Source of the DNA: Octopus bimaculoides
Lineage: Eukaryota
NCBI RefSeq assembly: GCF_001194135.2
Contig: NC_068981.1
Location: forward strand, 59,619,291 to 59,678,187
DNA length: 58,897 bases
Direction: 5' to 3'
A program made the position numbers and the translations under genes. Positions 21,297 through 36,166 of the stretch are shown here, one piece after another (the stretch's first letter is position 1; each line of letters opens with the position of its first letter). The notes below the pieces were generated by a model, which was not told where the DNA came from, searched no databases, and saw only the letters and a program-made list of their open reading frames with translations.

Positions 21297-21361
21297 GAGA
21301 GAGCTATCCAAAGGTTTTTCATTTTTCTAAACGACTAAGATATGACTTCAATGTATTAGAC

Positions 21362-21362
<1 letters not shown>

Positions 21363-21432
<70 letters not shown>

Positions 21433-21452
21433 GTCTGTCAGTCTGTCTGTCT
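21363..21452. repeat. (TCTA)n-(TCTG)n microsatellite
   Basis: Direct reading. Confidence 0.95.
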
Positions 21453-21537
21453 GTATTATACATGTTAACAAACATATGTTGCGCGTTTGTGTGTAATGAC
21501 ACCAGTCATTTACATCCAGTTTTCTCTCACCATTTTA

Positions 21538-21643
<106 letters not shown>

Positions 21644-22075
21644 TGATGGGATATTCTGGTATATTCTGTAAAGAACGTAGTAGAGTACAGTATAGAGCTC
21701 GTCCACCTACATATCGCCTGAGGAAACACACCTAGCTCTCATAATGCAGGGAAACAGTTGCATAATCAAGTACCTGCACACCTGGAAAACTATGTTTCGT
21801 CGAAAGAATTGTAGTGATTAAAAATAAATGTCCAACCGTACCCCTTCTTGTTCACTCCAATTTGTTCAATTAAATGTGTATATATTATATACATGTGTGT
21901 GTGTGCTTATGTGTATCTATATACACATTTGAGTACATATGTTTGGCGTGTATGTTTACATATGACGATTAATATTTAGCATATATGTATATAATATATA
22001 TACTTAAAATGTTATACATATGTTCTGTATATATTTTATTCGGTATTAAATAGGTATTATACAAATTCAATTCTA

Positions 22076-22946
22076 CAGGGTAGGTGGAAAGTGACTAGGC
22101 ATTAGAAATTGCTTATAGAATATTTAGTATCACTGAAGTCATGACGGAAACAATTTTTTAAAAGGCAACATGAAAGGGGATTTCTAATTTTCTTCATGTC
22201 TTACTTCTTATTTCTTATTTTCTAGATGACCGGTCGCTTCACTGTTCAGGAGTGAGCTAAGATAACAGCACGCTATGAAGTGTGGAATTCCATTGCTTTG
22301 GTTCAGATGGTTGAATGCATGGTAAGGTAATTATGCAACATTACGTCCGGAAACAATAAAAAGTTGTCACGGTCTCTGAACAATCCAAGAAAAAGTGGCT
22401 GTCCAACCACATCCCAATCAGCGGAGAATGTGGCAACAGTGCAGGAAATGTTTAATTGTAGCCCGCAAAAGTCGATACACTTCAACCAGCACGTGAAAGG
22501 GGACTAACAGTACACAGAATACGTACAGTGTTGTATAAAGAATTGAATTTTCTCCTGTAGAAACCCCGTTACATGCAGGAGCTAAAACCTGAAGACTATG
22601 ACCGCAGAAGTCCAGAAGCCCAGAAGTCCAAAACTCAAAGAAGTCCTCTATGAAACAAAAAGAGGAGGCGTACAAGACAAAACCTCGCACGCTGGAGAAC
22701 TTGGAGACACGGATTTTGGAGATTCTCAGTGATATCCCAGATGACGTCCTTCAGAAAGTTGTTTATTCCATCCTTGGCCGTTTGAGGAAACTGGTTGACG
22801 TCACCGATGCTTACGTTGAAATATGAAGACTTACTTTCATTTTCCTACGTAACAAAGATCATGTATTATTTGTTTCAATAAATTTGTGAAAGGAATATGG
22901 ATTTTATTACCAATTTTTAATGCCTACTTATTTTTCACCCATCCTG
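22076..22946 (+). mobile_element. Internally deleted Tc1/mariner-superfamily element with imperfect TIRs
   Basis: Left CAGGGTAGGTGGAAAGTGACTAGGCATTA matches the reverse complement of the right end, CAGGATGGGTGAAAAATAAGTAGGCATTA. It has an HTH region (RKSGCPTTSQSAENVATVQEMFNCSPQKS..KPRYMQELKPEDYDRR) and a C-terminus (KEEAYKTKPRTLENLETRILEILSDIP). The catalytic core is deleted. Confidence 0.75.
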
Positions 22947-22947
22947 T

Positions 22948-22948
22948 G

Positions 22949-23005
<57 letters not shown>
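22948..23005. repeat. (AT)n microsatellite
   Basis: Direct reading. Confidence 0.95.
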
Positions 23006-23007
<2 letters not shown>

Positions 23008-25189
23008 TAAATATTAAATAACATATGCTCGCGCACCCCACCCCACACAAACACACACATATCTATCAGCAGCTCTATTATTGGTGCAAGCCAATTATGC
23101 AAATACATATCTCACATACACATGGTAAACATATTCATATGTGAATGTGCATTTTTACTAATGCTCAAAAACCTTTCAAAACTTCTGAATACTCAGACAC
23201 CCACACACGCAAGCAGGCAGCATCTGACACATATGCACTTTCATATTTCTTTCTTTTGTGAATCGTTCGACGACGTCATAAGCCATTCCCCTTCCATTCT
23301 CTCCCGTTTCACTTAAATATATGAAACCTCGTAAACATTTGTAGGTTAACTGATTTTTTACTTTATTTCCTTCTTTTTTTTTCTGTCTGTTTGTCTCTTT
23401 CTATCGGAAAGCAATTTTTCTTTCCGATGGAAGGTCATTAATATGAAAGGTTAAACATTTCTTTCCTCCACTCATAAATCGTCTGTCGAAAAACAACTTT
23501 GTATCGTGTTATTCTTTGTCACTGTTACACATTTCAATATAATACCTTCCATTCTAACGCTGGCATTCTTCACACTAAAGTCAATAAATTTCTTATTAGC
23601 GTAGCCATCAAAGACCAAAGATCAATAATTGCTTAAAGGAAATATGAACTTAGACCTAAATTTAATATTTAGAAATAGCTTAGTCCTATGCTTCAAAATT
23701 ATTATCACTTCATTTCAACATACTGAACATTTTGAAATGTCATAACTATTCCTTGTTCTAGTTTATCTGATTTAAGCTGTATATGCAATATAGATATGAG
23801 ATATTGATATGCAAATATAAATATTAGAAGTAATGGCTATAGGCGTATCATGATAGATCTATTTATTAGGTATTTACGTTTACTAATTCTTTCGAAGTTT
23901 GCTGTATAAAATGTTTTATGATATATATAAATTTTGGTTTCTACATTGTTGCGTGGCATGAAAAGTGAGCATATTTCTGCTCCAACAAATGTTGGATTGA
24001 AAAAATTCTACATGAGTTGAATGATTTATATTTGCTAAATCTACATCATGTAAAACTAATCATGTAAATGATAACAACAGAATACTACAAAGTGAACGTA
24101 ACATAATATATGATAGAATAGATTTCATTCCTTGAAGCGATAGCCAAGGTGATTGAATCAAGATGCATGCGTGTGTTTGGAGGGGGTGAGAATGATCCAA
24201 ATCATTTCTAATCCATCATAGTTCTTTTTCATCTATCCTTGTCTCCCTCTTTTTCCCCCATGCGTTCTTAAACATGCACTTCCTCACTCTCTCTCACACA
24301 CATACATACATACATACATACATACACACACACACATATATATATGGATACATTTACATATATACAATATATATACAAACATATATATATAGATAGATAC
24401 GTACATACATACATACACGCACACACGCACGCACANNNNNNNNNNNNNNNNNNNNNNNNNNNNNNNNNNNNNNNNNNNNNNNNNNNNNNNNNNNNNNNNN
24501 NNNNNNNNNNNNNNNNNNNNNNNNNNNNNNNNNNNNNNNNNNNNNNNNNNNNNNNNNNNNNNNNNNNNNNNNNNNNNNNNNNNNNNNNNNNNNNNNNNNN
24601 NNNNNNNNNNNNNNNNNNNNNNNNNNNNNNNNNNNNNNNNNNNNATTTATACATATACAATATATTTAATATATTTATTATATAAACGAAGTCCGATATG
24701 TATAAAATGTTTCCATATAGATTATTTCTGTATCATATTTTACAGAAGGTTGGGCCTTGATATATTGTAACCATTATTCATAGTTACGCAGCGGTTGCCA
24801 TTTGTCAGTTGGGATGGAGAAATCATATTTATAAGAAAGGTAAGGAATGTCTTCTTGCAATAATCAATACACACATATACAATACAAATTTATACAGAAA
24901 ATTCCATTACATAATGGTACATCTAGACGCACATAATATAAAGAGGCGCTTATATTTCTAACATACAAACACATACACAGATATGCACGCTCATATACCT
25001 ATATGCATACGCGCATACATATATGCACACACACGTACGCATATCTATAGACAAACATTTTCATTATAAACTTCTTGTTCAAATTTGATAAGTAAAAATA
25101 ATTCTTTATACGGTAGGGTTAAAACAACAATTAAAATAATTTAATACGTTTTCAAATAAAATTATTTTGATATTTTTCGTTTCTACATG

Positions 25190-25380
25190 TCCATTTTCAT
25201 GAATGCAGTTGTTAATGGAATTCTCAACTTCCAGAGTTCAATTTCGATTTCAAACTTTAGAGATGAGTTATAAATTGAATCACAATAGTTATCGCCGGCC
25301 ACAAGTCCTAAGTTGAGCAAAAGAATTTCATAAACTTTTGACAGGACGCGAAGTAATTCTTTTCTGTAATATCCCGATGC
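25190..25380 (-). mobile_element. Possible highly decayed LINE RT fragment
   Basis: LLRVLSKVYEILLLNL...IPLTTAFMKMD weakly resembles RTE RT domains 1-3 (LLSVLYKLFTKIL...PL..AFID). Confidence 0.3.
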
Positions 25381-27680
25381 AAGCACATAAAGCTGTAAAT
25401 AATGACATGTAATTTCAAATAATGTTTTTGTTTACCGCATTAAAATGTACTAGGTTAGTTACTTAATAGTATAAGTAATTCTAAACAAAAATAGCAGTAT
25501 AACAAAACAAAAACGAATAACATTTTTAGTACGATTAATAATCAGTGATAAAATTATTTGAAGTTTTTCCCTTCACCAATTTCTGATCTGTGAGGTGTGT
25601 CCAAAAAGAAAGAAACTTTATAAGGACATACCGGACCACCTGGCACAACTCTTCCACAATTGCAGTCTGTGTAGGGTTGACCTTGATATTCTAATATTCA
25701 GTCCAATAATAACCACATCATGTCACGTCATTTACTCATTTATCTACCAGTGCTGAGTGATCGTATAACTAGGGTATTTTGTGACTTGTTACAAGATGAG
25801 CAATGAAAGAATTGTAATAGCATCATCTTTGTATGAAATTGTTTTGTAATTTCAGATAACATTTACGAGGGCATTCCTAATGTTATAAAAAGTCATGCGC
25901 AATGTTACAAGTGGTGCGAGCATTTCAAATTAGGTAAAACAATAATCTAAAGTTGTTTGGATTTTTGTTCCACAAAACCAGATGAAGATCACATTATAAA
26001 AGTATCTGCTAATGCAAAAATTGTCGCCTGACAGCCCGTGACCGTTCCACGATAGTGGGTTTCTTTACAAGTTTTTGCATCATGTCATCAAAAGGAAACT
26101 TAGAGCTATTTAGTGGACCATATCCTTTTTGAAAGGAAAAGAAAGCCGTTTCACCACCAATTAACAGCTGCTCGACCTTTCGAATTCTGATAAAATCCTT
26201 TAGAAATGTATTATAACCTGATGGTACAGGAATGATCGTAAAACATAAAGGGCATAAACTGGAATGTTTTGTTGCATCGCCTAGGGACAAAAAGATAAGA
26301 AAACACATCAGAAAGGAGAAGGCTCATGCATGGACAAAACAAAAAGCAAGAAAGAACCTGGTTGCACACATACAACAACACACTTGCTCACGTTTCACTA
26401 ATTATTTGTGAATTTCCGTCAAAATACAAGGTAAAGCCTCTTGTCTTCCAGCAGCCGTATTCTCTAATTTTTTCCCTACGATCTTTTATTTTCACAAAGT
26501 TGAAAATTCCCATAGTTGGCCGACGATTTCAGACAATATTAGGGATAAATAATTGCTACGACAACTGTGCACTGTTCCTGAAAACGGGAAAGGATTTTCG
26601 AAGGAAAGAAATATCTTTGAAAGGGGTCATATCTGATTATATTCTAAGTAAAGTAAGAAATTTGTTTTAAAACGACCATTTTATGTTGGGGTTAACAATG
26701 TACTCAAGCTATCTGTTAATAAAATAGATACTCCATCAAGAACACAGGCAATAACAACAGCCAATATCCTGTTGGTTTTTCTGCATTAATGATATAACCA
26801 CTTTAAACAGTTCTTGAAATTGGTGGAGATGTTGATGTGCAAAACATTTTAAAGAATAGAAGATTGAAATAAATTGTAAACTCCAGAAACCCATTCCATT
26901 AATACCTGCAACACCAAGAATTATATTTGCTAGCATGACTTAGTTCAGAAATTACTTGTTTTGTAGCAAATTATAATTTTTCTGGAATGTTCAATTGCAA
27001 ATCGGAGCTTGGAGTATTAAAAGGGATTTGTTTTTTCTAGTTTTGTTAACTTCCCTCTGATATAACATTTAAAAAAAATAATAAATAACGATTTATAACA
27101 TACAATTTAAAAAATAATGATTTGTAACAGCAAAAGTAAATAACAAAACAAACATATTGAAGTTCCCTCTAAGTCAAATTATAAATGATCTTTATAGTAA
27201 TAATTTCGATGTGGATTTGAATTTTTAAGATTCCAGTATGAATATTTTGAAGAAAGTGTTTGTCATGCATTAGTGCAGGAAATTGCCTGGAGATATTGAA
27301 GAACTTTTATGATCGCTATCATACTCTGCAATTTATTGCTATAAGAAAATTGTAATAAGTATAATTTGTCAACTTTTTTGTAGCTCCTTATACATTCTAT
27401 CTTGAGATTTGAATATGGGTGAATCTGGATGCTAAGTGCAATGTCGGGGGATCACATCCCTTCAATGATAATACGGTATAAACGCCGGAAAATATCACTG
27501 AAATTATAGAATTTCTGAACTGATGCTTCTCTGTTTTGGATTTGCCGAGCCAGGAAAAGTAACTCGAAAAAGTAAATGACGGAATAGACAATATCGACCA
27601 ATCACCTATAACGCGTTAATATATCTATCAATATGTTGATATACACACTGAAATTAATAATATTCTTATTACTAATACTA

Positions 27681-28944
27681 TCAAGTCATCTCAGAAGTTC
27701 TGTCCAATTTTACCTTTTTAAAAATTGAATGAAATTTAATAATATTTTAGAATGTCTAATGGAATTAAAAAATATTATTATGCATTTGTGTACATTTAAA
27801 CTAATTACATATTATTTTACAGAATAATAGAATTAAAATTTCTTTGATTAAAATCCTTTCTGACATGGAAGTATCCAAAGAGCATTTCAAGCGCATAATG
27901 TTTTATGAGTACAAAAAAAATAGGAAACTCTGCTGCCGAAGCAACTCGAAACATACACTCAGTTTATGGGAAAGAATGCTTGAATGAAANNNNNNNNNNN
28001 NNNNNNNNNNNNNNNNNNNNNNNNNNNNNNNNNNNNNNNNNNNNNNNNNNNNNNNNNNNNNNNNNNGTTTGATGCTAAGCCCCTTGAAGCATTACTTAAA
28101 GAAAACCCTGCATTATCAGTTGAAGAATTGGCAATATAGCTTAGTTCAAACCATACAACTGTTCATCGTCATCTTCAACAACTTAGAAAGGTTCCTAAAC
28201 TTGGAAAATGGGTGCCTCGTGAATTGTCCGAAAGCAACTGCAAATCTCGAGTTTTCATCTGCTCTTCTCTCCATTCTCGCGAACTCATTTCGTCTATTTT
28301 TGGATAGACTTCTGACTGGTGACGAAAAATGGATCTTCTATCGAAATGTTAAACGTCGTAAACAGTGGTTTGGTAAAAGGGAAAAAGCTCAACCACTACC
28401 GAGAAGGGAACTTCATGGAAAATGTTTCTTCTCTCTATCTGGTGGGATTGCAAAGGAGTAATTTACTTTGAATTGTTACCACCTAATGCAAAAATCAATG
28501 TCTACTGTCAGCAATTAGAACGTTTTTTAACCAAGCTTTGAAGAAACAAAGACCCGCCTTAGTGAATCGAAAAGGAATGATGTTTTATCAGGACAATGCG
28601 TGACCCCACACTGCAAGCATCACATAACAGAAGATCGAAGAGCTTGGCGGGGAAAAAAATCCTCATCCACCTTATTCTCCCGACCTTGCTCCTTCAGACT
28701 ACTATTTGTTTTGTAGTGTACAGAATCATTTGGGGGACATAACTTTCGCAAGCCAGGAGGAGGTCGAAACTGACATTTCAGAGTTCTTCGCTGAGTTTTA
28801 CATTGATGGGATTAAAAGCTTGTAAATAGATGGAAGGAAGTCATAGATAATCAGGGAAAGTACATTGAAATTTCAATTAAACATAACATTTGATTATTTG
28901 TTTTCTTTATTCAAAATTCGGACAGAACTTATGGGATGACCTGA
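27681..28944 (+). mobile_element. Full-length mariner (DD34D) with inactivated transposase
   Basis: TA-flanked TIRs tcaagtcatctcagaagttctgtcc / ggacagaacttatgggatgacctga. ATG at 27865 (MEVSKEHF), WVPREL, LTGDEKWIFY, YQDNA*PH, HPPYSPDLAPSDYYLF. Confidence 0.92.
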
Positions 28945-30404
28945 TATATAACCGCTCTAGAAATGCAGCCTGTACTTGTCACCCGTCGTATAACATTAAC
29001 ATGGAACCGATAACATAAAAAATTTTCCTCATATTTATCAAGAAGAAGGCATTTGTAGATTGCGACAAATGATATTAGCTGTTCAACAATGTTTATTAAA
29101 ATAATTAAGAACTTGAGCAGAAATTTTAATATTTGCAGCATTATCAAAGGTTACAATATAAGACTATTTCTGAAAGAAACTTAGCTTTCCGATGAGATAA
29201 GTTAGCAGACAACAATGAACACCGCTACCTACAACACACCAGTATTCTATACAAAGGGAAATTTATTTATCACATGATTAGGCTTCAAACCCTAAAAGTA
29301 AGCATCTTTCTATCATTCTGATTCGGAAAGCATTAGGTGAATGCACTCATCAGTTTATGCATCTCCCACAGCTGGTATGAAGGGGTTTTAAATAGTGCAT
29401 CATATATCGCTTTGATCTCATCAGAGAGCATGTTTCAAGCAATTAGAAAGTATCTACGAAGTCGCTCGACTTTTGAGAAATGGAAGCCAAAATTTACTTT
29501 TAAACTGCCCTATCTTTTTAAAGAATAACATATCAAAGCCTACATCAGATATTGCATTATTAGTTACCTGATGTAAGGTCTATCGATATCAATGTATGAC
29601 TAAATATCAAAAGCAATATCTTGAGTAACTATTTGGCACCTACAGGTAATTCATGAAAATTGACATAAGCAAACATTGATTCCATTATTTCCACATGGCG
29701 ATATACAGTAGTTACGAATATATGAACATAAGAAGAGCAATCTAGATTGGTCATCAAGGTTTACAAATACGTCAATTTATTGTAATCCTTATCTCAAGAA
29801 AATATTCCATATAAACCACTTCTTAAACCAAATAGTAAATGAACAAAACAACAAGAAGCCTTCAGGCCGTTGACCTGCGTGCAAAATATATGAGCAGAAT
29901 CTCTTTCAAATTGCACCTGCATATAAATAATATAATCCTAAATGTTCTTGAAGAAAACTTGCAAAATGTTAAATAAATATTATTTCAGACTGAAACACCG
30001 AGAAGCACAATCAAGTTAAATTTAATCTCTTGGTTATCCAAGAGCACAAAATAGGTACAGTTCTCACTGGAATCCGTATTCTTTCACATACATAATTGAT
30101 ATTCTGAGAAATGGCATAAATATTACGAGTTTAAGTATTAATGACGTCTAGATGTAAATAATTTGAAGATTTGTTTTCAATTGTTTCCTTCTGTATCATA
30201 TACGTTACTACCTCTCTATATAATCATTCAAAATACTTCAGTATCTTAGACAACACAAACTGACAACAGTTAATGGTTATTCGTTACATCAATATATGTT
30301 CATGTACGTATTTCTAGAATTTTTTAAAATTATATATTTTTTGAGTTTTGCTTAGAGTGGGTATTTATTAATATAGAAATACTAATTATATAACTTCTAT
30401 CTCT

Positions 30405-33400
30405 TCCGATGGTCGTCCCTTGTTGTGGTGGAAGAGCTTGTGTGTTCCAATGATTATGAGAGCAATACCGTTTGGAGTCTTAGACTCCTGGTAAGGCTAC
30501 CCATGGCGGCCAATTCGAGGATGAGATCCCAGACTAAACACGACCAAAGACCAACATCAAGACCCCAACGGCAGAGCAAGTGGAGGAGGGGTATTTCAAG
30601 CTCCCTAGGAATAACTCCGTCGGAAGAGAGCAATGCCTGGCGAGCAGGCATGACAACGGAGGATAGACTCTGGCATCTCGCTGCAACCATCCTCATCAAG
30701 ACTGCCCCTCTCAATTCTTGAGTCGCAGTGGAGACGTTCCTGGCCAAGTGCGTGTGCCTGGCCGTCGCGCAGCCACGATCACCTCAGACAATTTACTCAG
30801 CGAATGGCTTCGTCGTTCTAATCTGTCTGAACAAGCCCATTGTCGATGGTATCGTGGGCACAAGACGCAGGTCTGGAAAACTGGAAGCCTCTAGTCCGTG
30901 ACTACACATTGGCGGCGAATCTCAGATGTTCGCTCTCCAATACATAGCCGTGACATTGAAGTTCATCAGCTAGACTGATGACTGTGCTGGCCTCTTTAGG
31001 ATTACCGCAGCCCACCCCTCAATGGAAAGCCCCTACAAAATGCGGGGTAAACATCGGACACGGCAACTCGATCTGGCCAGCATACCGCGGCTGGCAGACC
31101 TCCCGCTTAGTGGTCGTAAATCTACTAAATCCTCTGTTTCACAATCTCTCACCACAGCGACGTACAGCTCTCGTCTGCAAGGAACTTGCTCGCTTAAACA
31201 TCGATGTGGCAGCCTTGGGTGAGGCTGGGCTTCCCGGAGAAGGCAGCATCAGAGAAGCTGACTCCAAATACACCGTCTTTTGGAACGGGAAGATTCCTAA
31301 TGAACCACGCATCCATGGAATTGGCCTTGCTGTCAAAACTCAACTGGTGGACCAACACAGACTCGTCCCAACCGCCGTCAGTGAGGGCCTGCCTCATGAC
31401 TGTTCGGATCCCACTCATTCGGGACAGATTACTTACTCTGATCTGTGTGTATGCCCCTACCCTCACATCTGAAGACGACGTCAAGGCTTCGTTCTAAAAC
31501 CTGCTGGACTGCACCATCCAGACAGTCCCCGCGCATGACAAACTCGTTGTGTTGGGGGACGTTAACGGTAGGTCAGCAGTGATCATTGTCTGTGGAATGG
31601 CATTCTTGGCCATCACGACATTGAGCCTTTGCGTCGAGCGTGAACTCATCATTACCAATTCCATATTTCATCTCCCTACCTGATAACAAACAACCTGGAA
31701 GCACCCACTGTCTAAACACTGGTACATCCTCGACAACGTTCTGACAAGATCCATGGACAGATGAGAAGTATGCATCACTCGCTCCATGCCTGGTGCAGAT
31801 GACTGCTGGACGGACCACCGCCTTCTTATTTCTCGCCTTGACATCAACATCCGCTGCCCACCAAAGCGGCTCTTAGCAAATATTACTTGCCGACGCTTCG
31901 ACTGTGCCAAAACTCCGGAACTCATATGCATCCCAAGACTTCGAGGAAACTATTGAGAGGCACCTGATGGACCTCCCCCCCCCCCAGAGGCAACCTCCAT
32001 TGAGGATCGCTGAACCAGCCTTCGTGAAGCCATGAGTGCTGCCGCCGAGGAGACGATCGGCTTTGCCCGGAAGAAAGACCAAGAATGGTTTGAAGGGAAT
32101 GATGAAACCATCTCCTGTCTTATAGAATCCAAACTCTGGACGCGCCTAGCTCTCGAGAATCATGCTACTGCGGGAAACAAACGAAAACACCAGCAAGCAT
32201 CAGCAGAATGCCAGCGAGGAATTCGAGAAGCTCAGAACATCTGGTGGCAGCTTTTTTGTCGCAACCAAGGAGATCTTCGGCCCCACATGATAATCAGTGG
32301 GCGACCTGAAGGATGCAGCTGGATCTACGATAACCGACACTCAGGGAATCCTCGATCGCTGGAAGTCCCATTTCGAGTGCCTACTTAACGACCACTCACG
32401 TGCTCCTGACCATCGCATCCAAAACATCCCACAACTCCCTATCCACCTTTAGATGCCTATGCCGCCTTCAACGCCATGAGATCAACAAGGCACTTGTGCG
32501 CATGAATCCGGGGAAAGCTCCAGGACCATGCAACGTCCCGTTTGAGTTTTTCACGCACGGAGGTCCAGAGTGAGAAATCATATGATGCTCCTTATCCTCA
32601 AGATCTGTGAAAGCAAGACCACACCGAACGACTTCGATCTACAAAAAGAGAGAATGAGAGGATTGCAACAACTATCGGAGCATCTCACTCCTGTGAATTG
32701 CAAACAAGATCTTCGCCCGTATCCTACTCAATCGCCTCCTCATCCTCGAGAAAGACGTGCTCTCTGAGTCCCAGTGTGGCTTTCGACCCTCTCGAGGCAC
32801 AATCGACATCATTTTCTGTGCCCGTCAACTCCAAAAGTGTCACGAACAAAAACAGCCTGCAATGTTGATCGCCTAAGGTCTAAAGAGAGCCTTTGCCAAG
32901 GTCCTCCGTCCTGAAATATGGGCAATCCTTGCCGGGTTTAGTTATCCGGAGGAATTCATTGTCCTGGTCCGCTCCCTCTATGACGTCATGGTGGGTAGAA
33001 TATGCCATCAAAATGCTCTCACAGAACCGTTTCCCATCACTGAGGGTCTTAAGCAAGGATGCGTCCTGGTACCAACCGGTTTCTCTTTGTACATGGCCGT
33101 CATGTTCAATGAAATCCCACTAGATTCGCCTTCCATCAACATGCGTTATTGTTTGGATGGTGGGTTGTTCAATCTCGCACATCTCCGTGCAAAGACGAGG
33201 ACCTCCGCCATCTCAGTCCGTGATATGCAGTATGCCGACGACAATGTCATTCTGAGCAAGACCGTAGATGGCCTACAAAGGACGGCCGATCTTTACAACG
33301 TGGCTAACGAACGCTTCGGGATGCACATAAACACATTAAAGATCAAGACACTGATCCATCCGGCACCAAGAAGGAACAGTCCAACCCACAAACATTAGTA

Positions 33401-34230
33401 TCAACGGCCAACCCCTAGAAGAAGTTGAATATTTCACATATCTTGGAAGTATCCTTTCGAAGACCCCCCACGTGTAATAAGGACGTGGAGGACCGGATTG
33501 GGGCGGCCCACTTCGCCTTCGGCAGATTCAGCCGACGTGTATTCTTCAATCATGCACAGACTATCTAGAAAAAGATCATGGTATTCCGTGCATTTGTCCT
33601 GTCTATTCTACTCTACGCTTGTGAGACTTGGCCGTTATGCTGCCGTGACTTCAAGCACCTTGAATGCTTCCAGCAATCGAAGCTCCGACAGATCCTCAAC
33701 ATACAATGGGAAGATCACGTTACCAATAACGAGGTTCTTCGCACCGCCTCACTACCAAGTGTCGAAGCCACCATTCTTTGCCATCGTCTCCGCTGGGCAG
33801 GTCACATCCAGCGTATGCCGTCCTCTCGTCTCCCAAGGATCATGCCCTGCGGAGAACTTGCAATCGGAACAAGACCCAGAGTAGGTCCGAAATTCCGTTT
33901 TAAAGACTAGCTCAAATGGACCTTGACTCAAACTAACATCCAGCCATCATCATGGGAACAGATTGCCATGGATACGATAACCTGGAGGACTGCTATCCAC
34001 AATGGAGCCAGCTCCTTCGAGTAGAACAGATAACAGAATAAGGAGGCAAAACGCAGGAGAAGAAAGGAGTGTCTTCAACATCCTCGAAGTGCACTGACCA
34101 TCACGTGCGAGTTGTGCCCACGACTCTTTCACCACCGACTTGGAATCCAGAGTCACTTTCGGCATAAACATCAGCAAAAGAGACTGGATGGAAACTGACG
34201 AATCCAATGCTCGGAGACGAGTAGTCAAAT
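30405..34230 (+). mobile_element. Near full-length RTE-clade LINE with many frameshifts and stops
   Basis: GC-richer 3.8-kb block. APE endonuclease (LARLNIDVAALGEAGLPGEG, VVLGD), RT (QGCVLVPTGFSLY, QYADDNV), LRWAGHIQRM, and a C-terminal C2H2 (CELCPRLFHHRLGIQSHFRHKH). Confidence 0.93.
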
Positions 34231-35194
34231 GCTAAATATGGAATAGTCAGATGCTAATAATATACATGTTACAATCGGGTTAATTTATAAATATATTCGA
34301 GGTTGAGATTGAACAGCCACTTCCCCACAGAGATGTAATGATTATTGATGATAAAGAAGCCATATGGTATAAGTAACATAGATTTTGTAAATTATATAAC
34401 AAAAATTGGTTAATTAAAAATACCATTTTTCAATTTGAAATAAATGACCTTCGGGTACAAGCACGCAATCACATATTGCACAGCATATACGCAATGCACT
34501 GAAAAGTTATTCTAATACCTAATTAAATTATAAATAAGATTATACAAATTTCTATTGATATCCATGAATTTTGAATTTTGAAGGAACTTTAATTTTCTTA
34601 TATATAAATGTTTTAGATTTCCTCGGGGAAGTGAATTATATATATTTTATAAAAAGAATTAACGTATGAGAAAATAATATCACCAGACATAATATTCATT
34701 ATTTACTTGATTGATTTTTTGCATTCCAATATGTTCCTTATATAATTTTAAGAATGTTGCCATCATATACTCATATATTTATACTTTTTTACATGTCTAG
34801 GTATATTTGTTACGTTATACCCCGAAACGTATTTTGATAATTTCTAAGATCGGTTGCTGAATGTCAGCAACATTACAGCAGTGAGAATATGGTTTGCACT
34901 GGGAGTTCAAACCCCAGTTCTAGAGTCAATGCAAGGATACAACTAGCATAGTTTAAGTTTGTATAAAATCCACCGTTAAAGTCTTCCAGACTTTATTATC
35001 TCTCCTATAAAACCTAAAACCTCGTGTTTTTGCGATAAGCAAGACGAAGTCAACGCTGTTAATATTCATGGAAGAATGAACAATACCCCTTTTTAGTTTT
35101 CGGGCATTCTAATATTTCTGCAATATGACATCACAACAGAAAAGACATTGATTCATTCAGCATTTATTTAAATCTCCAGTCCATTCAGCTGACA

Positions 35195-35290
35195 TAAATG
35201 AGTAATTCTGCGATATGCCGGCGTCCCGTCCAGAGAGGAATATGTGCACGACGGAAACTAGGAAAACGGCCTTATGAGTCTATATGAACC
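35195..35290 (+). mobile_element. Possible SINE central-domain fragment (V-domain-like)
   Basis: ctgcgatatgccggcgtcccgtccagagagg...cggaaactaggaaaacggccttatgagtc resembles a V-SINE-type core (from memory). Confidence 0.35.
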
Positions 35291-35846
35291 ACCCCCATGA
35301 GGCTATGTCCCTTTATTGTATCTCCTATAACTTTCAATAGTTAGGTATTTCAGCTGTAAATGGGAACTATGACAGGCGAGAACAATTTGGATTCAGGTAT
35401 AAACTAACTCACACGCACATTCAAATCGAAGTCACATACAAGAGAGAAAGTTTATTCTAAATATTCTAGGTAATATATAATTTTTACTAACAGACAGCAT
35501 AGTATTTTTCTAAACCTAGTAACATTGATAATAAAGCACTGCATTCTATACTGAGATGTCAATCTATACCCGAATATTCAATATATTGATTTCATCCAGT
35601 AAGGAAAATATATTCGGAAAATAAGTACTAGTTTATCAAAGCATTTATTTTACATGGCAAAGAATCCAAGATCTTTATTCAAATTAGACATAATCCATAT
35701 TAATAATATAGGCATCGTGTACGTAAAAGAAATTTGAAAACCTTTAACGTAATGTGCGAATGTTATGCGTTGAAGAGCAAATGGAAATAAGTATTGTGAT
35801 TTCATCTCGTGAGCTAATTTCAAGATTTGTTGAAGCAAATTTGTTT

Positions 35847-36166
35847 TATCAGGTCATTCCATAAGTTCTGTCCGAATTTTGAATAAAGAAAACAAGTGAT
35901 CAAATGTTATATTTAATTGAAATTTAATCATCAATGTACTTTCCCTAATTATCTATGACTACCTTCCATCTATTTACAAGCTTTTAATCCCATCAATGTA
36001 AAACTCTTTTGGTTTCAAAGCGAAGAACTCTGAAATGTCAGTTTCGACTTCCTCCTGGCTTGCGAAAGTTATGTCCCCCAAATGATTCTGTAAACTACGA
36101 AACAATTGGTAGTCTGAAGGAGCAAGGTCGGGAGAATAAGGTGGATGAGGATTTTTTTCCCAACCA
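35847..36166 (-). mobile_element. 3' fragment of the same mariner family as 27681-28944
   Basis: Reverse complement of about 28630-28946, including the TIR tatcaggtcattccataagttctgtccg. Confidence 0.92.

Noticed and set aside
25800-27000. Coding-like hydrophobic minus-strand frames (NIILGVAGINGMGFWSL, ILAVVIACVLDGVSILL) suggesting a transporter pseudogene
   Set aside because: I could not assign a family and the frames are short and broken; it needs a frameshift-aware profile search.
29315-29358. CTGATGA followed by a GCATT/AATGC hairpin on the minus strand
   Set aside because: The GAAA half of the core is absent at the required position.
30360-30420. Twister ribozyme at the RTE 5' end
   Set aside because: The conserved GCCGGUCCCAAGCCCGG-type core is not present.
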